Origin: Octopus vulgaris
Lineage: Eukaryota
Assembly (NCBI GenBank): GCA_951406725.2
Contig: OX597831.1
Span: 35,588,001 to 35,652,000, forward strand
DNA: 64,000 nt
Direction: 5' to 3'
Shown: piece by piece, positions 13,430 to 25,612 of the stretch
Layout: the number at the start of each line of letters is the position of its first letter
Position numbering within the stretch: the first letter of the stretch is position 1
Notes under the pieces: model-generated
The model's input: the letters and a program-made list of their open reading frames with translations, nothing else
What the model was told of the DNA's origin: nothing
Database searches by the model: none
Made by a program: the position numbers and the translations under genes

Positions 13430-13771
13430 GCCCTGATGCAGTATCAGGCACTGGCTCAAATGGCTTCTGATCTTAACTGATTGGAAGTGTTACCATGTAC
13501 ATTCTTTTGTTTGGTATAAAAGATGGGCTACAGCAAATATTCTGCTCAATGCCATAGATTTGCTTGTCAGTTGTTTCACCTTAACCAGTTGAGCATGTCC
13601 CTTGGTGGCTGACAATATGTGCATCTCTGATCATGAGTGGAAGTAGTGGGGGAGCATCATAGCCATGTGTTGAGAGGGATTCTTTGGAGTTTGAATAATT
13701 CACCTATGGAAACATGGGTATTTCGTTCAACATCCTTAACCTGTATTCAAGGACCATTTGAGCGGGATGGG
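13430..13771 (+). mobile_element. Family D 5' part (the 3' part of another copy lies at 44641-44978 +)
   Basis: Begins GCCCTGATGCAGTA after (AAC)n; aligns with the reverse complement of 24263-24818. Confidence 0.8.
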
Positions 13772-13820
13772 CATATATAATTTAATAGCACCACCTGGAA
13801 GAGATACACAGATTTTGAAT

Positions 13821-14441
13821 GCAAAATCACAGTCATGGCAGATACTGGTGTCCTGCGAATGGCACCGGTGCAAAATTGCAGTTGTGGCAGATACAACTGT
13901 CCTGCAAATGGCACTGGTGCAGAATTGCAGTTGTGGCAGATACTGGTGTCCTGCCAATGGCACCAGTGCAGAATCGCAGTCGTGGCAGATACTGGTGTCC
14001 TGCCAATGGCACCGTTGCAAAATCGCAGTTGTGGCAGATACCACTGTCCTGCAAATGACACTGGTGCAGAATCGCAGTCGTGGCAGATACTGGTGTCCTG
14101 CGAATGGCACTGATGCAAAATTGCAGTCATTGCAGGTACCACTGTCCTGCAAATGGCACTGGTGCAGAATTGCAGTCGTGGCAGATACTGGTGTCCTGCG
14201 AATGGGCACCGGAGCAAAATCACAGTCATGGCAGATACCAGTGTCACGCAAATGGCACCCATGCTGTTGGTGCGTAAAAGCACCCATTACATTTTTGGAG
14301 TGGTTGGTATTAGGAAGGGCATCTAGCCATAAAAAATCATGCCAAATCAGACTGGAGCTTGGTGCAGCCTTCCAGTGTGCCAGCCCAGTCAAATCATCCA
14401 ACCCATGCCAGCATGGACAACAGATATTAAATGATGATGAT
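13821..14441 (+). mobile_element. Family C copy with ~9 x 49-bp internal tandem units
   Basis: Unit gcaaaatcgcagtcgtggcagatactggtgtcctgcgaatggcaccggt (period 49) followed by the family C 3' block and gatgatgat tail. Confidence 0.85.
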
Positions 14442-14941
14442 TACCATCAGTGCTCGACTGGTTCTTATTTTATCAAAACCTAAAGAATGAGAGGCAAAGT
14501 CAACCTTGGTGGAATTTCAATTCAGAATGGATAAAAGCTGGAAGAAAGGCTCCTGTGTTGTCTGATGCCCTAAAGACTCTGCCAGCTTGCCATAATAATA
14601 ATAGTGGTTTCTGATTTAGCTACAAGGCCAGAAATTTTGAAGAGAGAGGGAGAAAGAGGAAGTAGTTGATTTTACTTGACTGATATTGTATTTTATGAAC
14701 CTTTGAGGAATAAAAGAGAAAATTGAGCTGAGTGAAATTGAAAACTCAGAATGTAAAGAATGGGAAGAAATACATTTCTTCGAGCACTCTGCTTTTATTA
14801 TTTTGCCACAAGGGCAACAGATGGAAGACAAAACCAATACCCAAAACACATTGAGTTTAGATATAAAAACGATGCAAATTGAAATGGCGATGATAGTGAT
14901 AATGATGATGATGACAATGATTATGATGACAGTGATGATGG

Positions 14942-14993
<52 letters not shown>

Positions 14994-15130
14994 GGCAGTT
15001 GTAGCAGTGATGGTGATCGCGGTGATGACAACAACGATATCAGTTACAGCAGTGATGGTGATGATGATAATGATGGCAAAAATTATGAAGACAATGACAA
15101 TAATAATGTTGGTGATAATGATGATGACAC

Positions 15131-15194
<64 letters not shown>

Positions 15195-15374
15195 CAGACA
15201 ATGATTATTAATTATCAGGATAACGATAATTTCCATTTCAATGTTTATGTATTCAAATTTTTTGTTTTATATTCATTTGTCATTAATTCCCTGTTGTTTA
15301 GATAAAATACTGATGTTTCGAGAAATATTCTAATCTATTTAGGAATTTTTTGTTTAAATTTTAAATTACATACA

Positions 15375-15425
<51 letters not shown>

Positions 15426-16582
15426 TCATGCACACACAAATTCACACACACACACACATGCACACACAAATTCACACATGTTCATACATGCATGCATTCA
15501 CACATACTTGCATATTCATACACACACACACATATATTTGCATACACACACACACATTCATACATATTCATACATGTGTGCATACACAAGTGCACATGCT
15601 CACACACATGCATGTATATACATATACACACTTACATGCATTTGCATGCATTGTCATACACATATTTACACACAGTTGCACATACATACATACATTCCAC
15701 ACTCACATGCATTCACTTGTACGCACATACTTTTACAAACATTTGCACACGCACACACACAATTTCTTTACACACTCATACACTTACACAATATGTACAC
15801 ACATAGATTTATGCACGAAAATGCATAAACAAAATAAAAAAACAAAAAAAAATTATTCTTTTTAAAAATCAAAAAAATGCCTACCAAAAACTGAAACAAA
15901 CGTAACTATCAATATAGAAATTTTCAAGATGATGAGAAGTAAATTTCCTTGTTCTGCAATTACTCAGTATGTCTTTCTTGCTGTAAGATAGTACTGTACA
16001 ATTTGCAAGAGATTTAGCTGTTATTTCTAGCAGCCTGAGTGACCACTTATCAGCACCCTCACATAAAAACCCTTCATCCAAGAGTTGCATGGATTGGAAG
16101 GTGTTAACTCACAGGAAGCATGGATATATACATGGGGCACATGCCTGAAGTCCCTCTGGTGTGGACACAACCATCTGAGTCACATTGTTGCAAACTGACT
16201 ACCGCGATTGGTTGATTTATACTCAGTGTTCTGCTACCACCCCTCCCTAGTGCACCACTGTTTGTGATTTCAAGGTTGATTAAATGAAGTACCACACTAG
16301 AGCAGGGGACTGTAAAATGTTGGCCCCTATTGTAGTGTTTGTTCCACTCATCTGCATTCTAAGTTCAAATCCCACCGGGAACTATTTGAATGGTAGACTT
16401 AACCTGTTTCCCAGTTTAACACCAACACCTGGTCTTTAGGTGGTGCCTGTTGCAGAGGTGACCCTGCTGCTGGAAATAGTCCTGCTAGGTCACTGGTTTG
16501 AGACCTAGCATGGACACTCGCAACTGAGACCCTGTTAAGGAACATAAGCATTGTCCTGTTTCCTTATTAAGCAATAAAATAT

Positions 16583-17484
16583 TGTTGTGGCAGATGCCTC
16601 CAAGTGAGAAGTGGGCTGTTCCACTACTGTTAAATAGTGGACAGACACAGCAAGCAGTGTCGGTCAGTGAAATATGCTGTTCAGGACTGTTATGCAGACG
16701 ATGAAGTTACGTTGTCATAATGGTGGAGGCACATGGCCTAGTGGTTAGAGCAACGGACTCGTGGTTGAGGGATCACAGTTTCGAATCTCAGACCGAGCGA
16801 TGTGTGTGTTTATGAGCAAAACACCTAAGCTCCACGCTGCTTCGGCAGAAAGTAATGGTGAACTTCTGCTGACTCTTTTGCCACAACTTTCTTTCACTCT
16901 TTCCTTCTGCATCTTGCAGCTCACCTGCGACGGACCAGTGTCCCATCCAGGTGGAGAACCTATACACCAAGGAAACCGGGAAACTGGCCCTTATGAGCCA
17001 GGAGAAGGAACAAACAACAAACATTGTCATAATGCAGGACGTATCAGTGGCGACGAGGATTCAGAGCTCACACTGTGGAAAAATGTTAAAAATCTTGAGG
17101 TGTGATTTGAACTTCACACAGTGAAAAGTAATAGACACACAGTGAAAAATATGTAATTATGTGTGGAACAAAAAATAATAAGTCTGTGAAAGATTTAAGT
17201 CAGGTCGCTATATGTAGTAGCGCTACTGGTAATAATGTAGACTAGTATTACCTGCAGTATTTTGAAAAAAATATATATATTTTTCTGTGTGGAACAAAAA
17301 AAAAAAAATCTGAATAATAAGAGAGAAATAATTCTGGTTCAAAGAAAAAGAAATAACAAAAATATATTGTTCTGTTGAAAGAAGAGACAAAAAATCTCAA
17401 AGGGGGTAGGTGTTGTGGTGGACGTCCCCAAGTAAGAAGTGGGCTGTTCTGCTACTGTTAAATAGTGGACAGACACAGCAAGCA
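16583..17484 (+). mobile_element. Miniature non-coding LTR element (TRIM-like): 5' LTR 16583-17046 (SINE-interrupted), PBS 17048-17060, PPT 17399-17410, truncated 3' LTR 17411-17484
   Basis: Direct repeats starting TGTTGTGG (66/74 identical); first LTR ends ..TATCA; PBS TGGCGACGAGGAT complementary to the tRNA-Ser(GCT) 3' end; purine-rich AAAGGGGGTAGG abuts the second LTR. Confidence 0.8.
16723..17023 (+). mobile_element. tRNA-derived SINE (Meta-domain-like core) with an 11-bp TSD
   Basis: A box TGGCCTAGTGG, B-box-like TTTCGAATC, core ctgcgacggaccagtgtcccatccagg; TSD TTGTCATAATG at 16712-16722 and 17024-17034. Confidence 0.85.
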
Positions 17485-17696
17485 AAAAAATACCCTGCCA
17501 AAAACAATCAATATATATTAAGCCTAAAAGACCAAAATTAGCCACAATCTTATGAAAGTGAGTAAGCCAAGAATATGTCATTGTCAGCCTTGTAAAAATC
17601 AATATAAAGGGGTGTGTGTGTATGTGTTTGCATATGGGTGTGTGTGTGTATGTGTATATGTGTGTGTGTGCATGTGTATGTGTGTGTGTGTGTGTG

Positions 17697-18540
17697 TATA
17701 CAAGGTGTGATGGGTAAATTGTCGCCATTTTATATTTTTAATTTTGCGCATACACATTGTTTTTGATTTTGTTGACTACACAATATAGTAGGGTCAGATG
17801 GACACCTTCTGTGAGAAAAGCAGCACCATGATGCATTTCACTCAGCCAGGAATTTGGAAATGACATACTGTACTGCTCGGCATTTGTGCTGGAAGCTCCA
17901 ATAATATGAACATCTATGGAGCGTGATAAAAATCAAACATCCAGTCAATGCCATGGTGTTTGGAGTGATCACTAGTGATGGCAATGTTACGCCTCCGTTC
18001 ATTTCCCAACATAGCCTCAGACTTAACATAGAGGCCTACATCAAGTGTCCGGAGGAGGTAGTAGTGCTGCCTTGGGTCAAGAGGGTGGATGCTGGAAGAC
18101 CCAATGTCCGGCAACAGGACTCTGCACCATGCCACACAAGCAGAAGAACCCAGTCATGGCTGTCAGACAATTTCTGCCACCACATCACCCCTAACATCTG
18201 ACAACCTAACTCCCCAGACTGCAACCTCTTAGATTATTATGTGTGGAGTACAGTTGAGTGAGAGACAAACAAAACCCCTTGTAACACCAAAGATGAACTG
18301 AAGGCAAGAATTATGGCAGCATTCACCTATTTAAACAAGGAGCCCATTCAAAAGAGTTTCAGAGAATTCTGAAGTTGTCTGGAGGCTGTAGTTGAAACCA
18401 ATGATGATTTTATTGAATAAATTTACTCTTTAATATTTCAAGATATTTTTGTGTAAATTTGGTAAACATATCTTTTGAAATGAGATGTCAGTGTTATTTT
18501 CATTTTTGCGTAATTTAGACAATACTTTATTCATCATATG
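17697..18540 (+). mobile_element. Internally deleted Tc1/mariner transposon, DD37D (maT) type; transposase remnant 17923-18420
   Basis: QQDSAPCH..*QPNSPDCNLLDYYVW with 37 residues between the second and third Asp; in-frame stops; degenerate TIR-like ends bordered by TA. Confidence 0.85.
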
Positions 18541-18574
<34 letters not shown>

Positions 18575-19038
18575 TGTATGTATGATTGTATGTATGATTG
18601 TATGTATATATGTATTTATGTATGTAGGTATGTATGTAGGTATGTATGTAGGTATGTATGTATGTATTTATGTATGATTGTATGTATGTATGTATGTATG
18701 TCCACAAAATTTATTTTATAGTTATATGTAGCATATTACAATGACCTACATATGTCTCCACTGCAGCGACTACTCACTGTTGCAAATGCAACATTGCAAT
18801 ATTGTCAGTGCAGTTTCATCAGGGTCCATCCATTTGGTCTTCTATATATATATATCTGATTGATTTATGTGCAATTGTCATTTACCAAATTTTACTCTCT
18901 AACTATTGCTCAACTCTAAGCCTGCAGTAGAAGACACTTACCCAAAAGTGCTATCTCTGCTGCATTGAGCCTGTACTTAAATAAGAAAGCCACTTATTGT
19001 GATTGTTTCATTTTGTATTTTCTTTTTATTGAGGACAG

Positions 19039-19146
19039 ATCTGGCACTACAAACCCAATACAAATGAGGTGTAACATGAACATCGTCCCTACTATTGTTG
19101 AAGAGAACTTTGTTCTCCCATCAGAAGACCAAAATACAGACTGCAG
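19039..19146 (+). CDS. CFAP221: Internal coding exon, CFAP221-like (SGTTNPIQMRCNMNIVPTIVEENFVLPSEDQNTDC)
   Basis: Pyrimidine tract then gacag acceptor; weak donor gttggc; 108 nt, phase 2-2; same frame as ORF 18965..19216; IVPTIVEENF loosely matches the recalled LTPEMIKVEF. Confidence 0.55.
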
Positions 19147-19360
19147 GTTGGCTGGATGTTTTTTTTTTTATTTAAATATTTTTTTTTTTTTACTTTTACA
19201 ATCTTTTATATTCTAAAGTTGTAACCCCTACTACAAATCAAAATCCAAAATAGTGTGTGATCTTTGATTTCAGTTGATTTTTGGTTGCAAATATTTCAAC
19301 TGGATTTCTTTCTCAGATTCCATTTCATTCATTCCACAAGCATTTGAAAAAAAAAATCAT

Positions 19361-19776
19361 TACCATAAAAACCCATGTAATTTGTGCACCTGTGTAATTT
19401 ATACAGGTGATTTTCAAGATAAAAATTGTTAAGAAAATCTTCTACTCATGTAAAATTCACATCCAAATGTTTTCAGAATTTTTGATATAGCCAGGGAAAA
19501 AAAGGTTTTCAATTTAGTTGTATTTAGCATAATTTCACTTACTTATTGATTAGATTTTGTTAAATTTTCATTAAATAAAAATAATTTCTGTTTAACAGGT
19601 ATCACATTGAATTAAATTACGAATAGTTTGTATTGTTTATAATAAACAAAAACAAAAAGCAAAAAAAAATTCTAAAAATATTCCGGAAACAATCTACTCA
19701 TGTAATTTACACACCCGTTAAAGTTTATTTTTGTTTTTGTGAAAAACATGCATAAATTACATGGGTTTTTGCAGTA
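19361..19776. mobile_element. MITE with 28-bp imperfect TIRs (pogo/Tigger-like, TA ends)
   Basis: taccataaaaacccatgtaatttgtgca versus the reverse complement of the right end, tactgcaaaaacccatgtaatttatgca; subterminal tgtaatt repeats. Confidence 0.75.
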
Positions 19777-21758
19777 TCTTATTTTATTGACCCTGAGGAG
19801 GTAAAAGGTAAAGTTGACCTTGGCAGGATTTGAACTCAAAGTGGAAAGAGTCAGATCAAATACCACAAGGCATTCAATCCAACACTCATTATTGTTTCAA
19901 CTTGAGTTCAAATCCTGCCCGGGGTCTATGCATAAGATCATTGTACACACACACACACACACACAAACACACCAACATGCACATGCTTGTGTGTGTGTTT
20001 GTCCATGTCCATTGGACTTACACACAGATCTCCTTAACCAGATATTGCTAGAAGCAGTGGTAAATAAGTTTTAAGAACTAAGAGTACACTAAGATCCATT
20101 AAGCTGATGTTGAGAAGAAGAGATTGCTAAATGCTATAAGCACTCACCTCTTCTGTCAAGTATATAGAGTAACCCCTCAAATTAACGTAAAATTGTTTTT
20201 AACATAACCAAACATAATAAAAAGATGGTACTCCCTTAAAGAGTAGGGGAATACGATCCTCCTATGCACCACTGTTTCATTTCCATCACTGCTCTTCTTG
20301 TTTAGCCTTTTAGCATATCAGGCCCAAATATCCTACCCATTTAATGTTCAAACCAGCCAGATTTGGCCTCGCGCATCTACCTAATATAGTAATTTTAAAA
20401 GTAAACAATCACATCATTGAAATCTCAAAGCTATGAGATAATCCATGATTAATTCAAATTCTTCCTCCTCATTATCATTTAATGTCTGCTTTTCATGTCG
20501 GCATGGATTGGATGGTTTGACGGAGAACTGATAAACCAAGGAGCTGCACTAGGTTCCAATCTGATTTGGCATGGTTTCTACAGCTGGATGCCTTTCCTAA
20601 TGTCGACCACTCCAAGAGTGTTCTGGGTGCCGGTTACAAAACACCGGTACCAGGTCCAACTACGATCTCATTTGGCTTGATGGGTCTTCTCAAGCACAGC
20701 ATATTGCCAATGGTCTCGGTCACTTGTCACTGATTCTATAAGGCCCAAAGATCAGAGGGTGCTTTTTAGCGCTAGGTATGCAACAATGGCGTTGGCCATG
20801 ACTATTATTTCACTTGATTTGACAGGTCATCTCAAGCATAGCATATTGCCTAACGTTCAAAGGATGCTTTTTACATGCCACTGGCACATGAGTGCTAGTT
20901 ACAATGGGAATAAAAAAGCATTACATTTGACTAAGTAATCTGAATGTTAAAAGGTTAAGATACAAAGTGAATATACAGGAGTGAATAGGGCTAGAGGAAC
21001 CAAAAGTGCATGTGTGTAAAATGAAATAATAGCATGTGTGTGTATGCTTGTGTACAGGCAGTCTCCACCTGTATCATTGTAAAGTGAACATCCTAACTGG
21101 CAGAATCATTAGCACATTGGGGAAAATGCTAAGCAGCATTTTACCTTTACATTCTGGATTCAAAAGATCGACTTCATTTATCATTCTTTTGGGATCAATA
21201 AAATAAGTTCCTGTTGAGCGCTGGGGGTGATAAAATCGACTTGCCTCCACCCCACAAATTTCAGCCCTTGTGCCTATAGTAGAAAGGATATTGGAGTAAT
21301 GTTTCTAGTTTGGGAATGTCTTGTGATTATTCCTGCTAAGATCCTCTTTCTTGGTTATGAGCCAAATAGTATAAGGAAGGTCTGTGGCTAAGATATGGGA
21401 GGCCAACATGTTTTAAATCCCAAACTCTTAGGTCAGGGTGCTCACAGCTCATACCAGATTCAAACTCTCTCTCCCAGAAAAGAGATGGCCCTCAGGTATG
21501 TGTTGTACAGGCCTGTCAGTGTGTGAATATGTCCTGATGTCAAGTGAACCAATCTTTTTTTTCCTTAGGCTTAAATAGATTTTTTTGCCTCAGGGGTGAG
21601 CTGGGGAGAGCAGGAAACTATCAAAATACATTGCAAATGGACTGGCAGCAGAGGGCAATGAAAAGTCACTGTTTTATCTTCTGCTAGAAAAGTCAGGAAT
21701 TGTCAGACTTTTGTTTAGAAAGCCAAGGCAGTCAATGCTTGTAGGCATGTCACATGAG

Positions 21759-21816
<58 letters not shown>

Positions 21817-23052
21817 GAGAGAGAGAATCTGGTATCAATTGTGACCTAAGAGATTGGGATTTAAAACATTTTGGCCTCCCATATTATAGACAACAGTTAT
21901 TATGCTATGGGAGGTTTTGTTGCTACGTTAAGCAGATAAAGCAAGTATTTGGAAGTTTCCATATTGGGTCAATGCCAACTGAAAGTAGAACCACTCACTC
22001 TGTTCTCTATCTATTTCCCTATCTCCTGCTAAAGCATTTTGTCTGTCTGTTTGTCTGCAGAAAAGATAAATAGTTTAAAGACTTAGCTTTGATATTGAAA
22101 AACAAGTTAGAACAGACTTTCTCTTATCTACATTCCATGGCAGCAGAAAATAAATATCATTGACCTTTGTGCAATCCATGCTTCTATCAGGAACCATATG
22201 CAAAGCTGTCTTTTTATATTAGTTTCTGCATATTAACAAAGAAAACCATCTCGAAATAAAATTAACCTTTAGATGTGCCTTGATAGAAATCATGTGGTTA
22301 ATTAAATTTACATCCCTCTCTCTCTCTCTCTTTCTCTCTCTTTCAATATATCTTCTCTGCAAAAATAAACTCTTTCAAAAGCTGGCTTAGATTTATCTGT
22401 GCTATATTTTAGCAGAGCATAGTCTCACCAATGTTCTATCCACTACATATGCACACATACACACAGAAACGGAGAAAACAAAAAAAAAATGGTAAAATGT
22501 ATCTGTGGAGAATTAACTGGTTACTATCTTTGCACCAATCTCTCCATATTAAAAGAAAAGTTTCTAAGTTTGAAATAAGTCGTTACCATCTTCTGCAACT
22601 TTACTGCATTTTTAGATATTGCAGTAGATCTGTAAATGCTATCATTCTGGATATCGTACGATCTGAGGTCTATGCTACACTCATATATATATGTGTGTGT
22701 TTGGGTGTGTGTGTGTGTGTACATATATATATGCTGTAACAGTATGGTTATACATATATGTATATATGTACATGCACACACATATTCATATGTATATACA
22801 CACACACATACACATACACATTATGGGTTACTGAATACTGAAACATGTGTGAGAGATGAAATAAAGGAGAACTAAGTGCAAGCCTATATTTTTTTCTCTC
22901 ATTATACACACACACACATGCATAGACACACACACACATGCCCACATGTAGTCATGCACATTAGTCACTTGTAATTGAAAGGAGCAGTCAAAGAATTTAC
23001 ATTAATTTATTTTTTTCCTGCTCTTAGTTCAGTAACTGAATTAACCCTGGCA

Positions 23053-23428
23053 TTAGTACCTCTGCCTTAGTGAAGGCGGAGGTATTGTTTTCAGTTGTAT
23101 TTGTTTGTTTGTCCATGGACAAGATATCTCAAGAACTGCTGGATGGATTTGGAAGAAACTTTCAGGGATGTTTGACCTCATGACAGGCACAAACTGATTA
23201 GATTTTGGGATCAATCTGGTACTGGACAAGGATTTGGGATTATTTTTTCCTTTTTTTCGTTTTTTACTTAATTTTTGAGAGCAGTTGGATTCATTTTTAG
23301 TATTTTTATTTGTGAGAGCAGTGAAGTTTATTTCAGATGTTCTCATTTTAAAAATCATCTCTGGCTAATCATTGAGAGGACGTTGGTGTTGCCTTGGCAG
23401 AGGTTTTCCCTCTCTGAGTGCTCTTGTT
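23053..23428 (-). mobile_element. Second HINE-like copy
   Basis: Terminal hairpin tacctctgcctt-agtg-aaggcggaggta; the stem motif recurs near the other end (ccttggcagagg), as for Helentron subTIRs. Confidence 0.6.
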
Positions 23429-23489
23429 TATGTTTGTTTCTACTTTTGACAGAGTATAAAACATCAAAATGCATCATCACTCACTGACT

Positions 23490-23985
23490 TCGTGGCTGTG
23501 TTACAAACACTAACGTCCTCTCACCTTTTGACCTTCATTTGAAGAGACTTCATGTCTTCTCTTGCAGACACCTTTGCATTAAAGATGGTGTTTTCCGCAT
23601 GTTCTGCTAGAGGCCAGTTCTCTATTCAGCAGGGCTTTCAGCTTACTTCTGCCTGACATGGTGTGTGTATCAAATGGGAGTATAAGCAGACAAGCTATCT
23701 GAACATGAAGCCACCATGATGTTATTGTTGGTGACTTGGTCAGTCTGCAACATGATGTCGAAGATCCCCAGGCTGCATAAGTTTTAAGCATTGAAATGAG
23801 AGCTCTTATCTAGAATAGTAGTTCTAGGTTTCATTACCATACAGCACTGTGCTGAAGATGCTGTTCTGTGGACTGCAGCAATCTTACTGTGTTCTGTTAG
23901 CTTACTGTTCTCTCAGACTCTTGTCAGCCTGGCTAGTGTGGAGTCTGTTCTTCCAGTACATTTTTTGACTTCAGTCTCTAGAGCA
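23490..23985 (-). mobile_element. Decayed RTE/BovB-like LINE fragment (post-RT region)
   Basis: Minus strand reads LARLTRV*ENSKLT, STVLYGNET, QVTNNNI and a CKGVCKR/DMKSLQM-like segment, with frameshifts. Confidence 0.65.
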
Positions 23986-24134
23986 AAGATTCTCAACCAT
24001 TTTTTTTATTGTTTGACCCCTTCGGTTAGTATTTTATTCTGGTGGACCCCACTATAACCATTCAATGTTGACAGATGAAAGGCCACTGAGCATTTTGCCT
24101 GGCATACTAACAATTTTGACAGCTCACGACCTTC

Positions 24135-24178
<44 letters not shown>

Positions 24179-24219
24179 TAATAATACGACACACGGGTTG
24201 TTGAAATATCGTTGACTAG

Positions 24220-24260
<41 letters not shown>

Positions 24261-24262
24261 CA

Positions 24263-24818
24263 TTGAGTGAGATAGCAGCGCATGCTATCAAAGTGACACT
24301 GGGGTAAAATATACGAAGCCCAGTGTATCCATCATGACAACCCATCTTATAAGGGTACACCAGGCACATGCATCACAACCATGCGTGCGCGACATGCTGA
24401 TCTCATATCAAGATAAGCAGTGCATGACCTTCCAGGTGGGGCCCAGTTAGAATTTTCTTCAGATCAAGTAGCCCATCCAGCTCAAAAGATCCCTGAATAA
24501 GGTTTGTTAAAGTATGTTGAACGAAACACTCATGTTTCCAGGGGTGAGTTATTCAAACTACAAAGAATCCCTCTCGACACTTGGCTATGATGCTCCCCCA
24601 CTACTTCTGCTCAGGATCAGAGATGCACATATCATCAATCATTAAGGGACATGGTCAACTGGTTATGGTCAAACAACTGACAAACAAATCTGTGGTATTG
24701 AATAGAATATTTGCTGTAGCCCATCTTTTATACTAAGACAAAACAATGTACATGATAGCACTTCCAATCAGTTAAGATCAGAAGCCATGAGAGCCACTGC
24801 CTGGTACTGCATCAGGGC
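24263..24818 (-). mobile_element. Family D: ~555-bp non-coding element embedded in (TAA)n, full length
   Basis: On minus starts GCCCTGATGCAGTACCAGG and ends ..ctcactcaa then (TAA)n; no ORF; five copies in the window. Confidence 0.85.
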
Positions 24819-24851
<33 letters not shown>

Positions 24852-24903
24852 CATCATCATCATCATCATCATCACCATCACCACCACCACCACCACCACC
24901 ACC

Positions 24904-24937
<34 letters not shown>

Positions 24938-24956
24938 TCATCATTATTATTATTAT

Positions 24957-25525
24957 TAACATTATTAAAGACAGGGAAGAAAATTCTTGTAGACTAACAG
25001 ATGTAAGTGTTCCCACTGATAAAAATATATCTCTAAAGGAATTGGATAAATTAAGAAAATATAAGGACCTAGAAATTGAAATACAAAAGATGTGGCATCT
25101 TAACGCAAAAACTGTGCATGATATTGTTGGTGCCCTAGGTATGATAAAAAAAGGATGTCAGAAGCATTTAGATAAGATCTCAGGAGAAACATGTCTCAGA
25201 GAAATCCAAAAGATTGTGCTGACAAATACTTCCCACATCCTTAGAAAAACCCTATCCATTTGGATGTCTGTGCTGTATTACTTGTAGATATTTCACCTGT
25301 CAACAGAGTGGAGAGGGCACTTACCCTAGTGATCAGGACTGTTGTAGACTTGTGGGGTTTTCATGAGCAGTCCTAGGACATCTCCCGCTTTTGGGGAAAT
25401 TTTGGTGTTATATTCAATTGTTTTTTTCTTTGTTTACATGACTTTCATGTAACCCCATGTTTGTCCTGTGTTGTCCATAATGTTTATTTATTTGTAAACA
25501 CTTTGTGATTAATAAAGAAATAATT
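24957..25525 (+). mobile_element. R4/Dong-type LINE 3' fragment (second subfamily)
   Basis: DVSVPTDKNISLKELDKLRKYKDLEIEIQKMW..IVGALG..EIQKIVL; flanked by trinucleotide microsatellites. Confidence 0.85.
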
Positions 25526-25612
25526 ATTATTATTATCATTGTTATTATTATTAACAGAGAAGATTGAACTGGTTGTAAATGATAATAAAAATTGTTATTA
25601 ATATACTTTCAG

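Noticed and set aside
13736-14483. Cys/His-rich repetitive ORFs resembling metallothionein or zinc-finger proteins (also 10874-12100)
   Set aside because: They come from 49-bp and 62-bp tandem units (not multiples of 3) inside family C retroposons.
24700-24818. HDV-like or hammerhead ribozyme at the family D 5' end
   Set aside because: CUGAUGC lacks the CUGANGA/GAAA partner and I could not build an HDV double pseudoknot by eye; only simple hairpins are supported.
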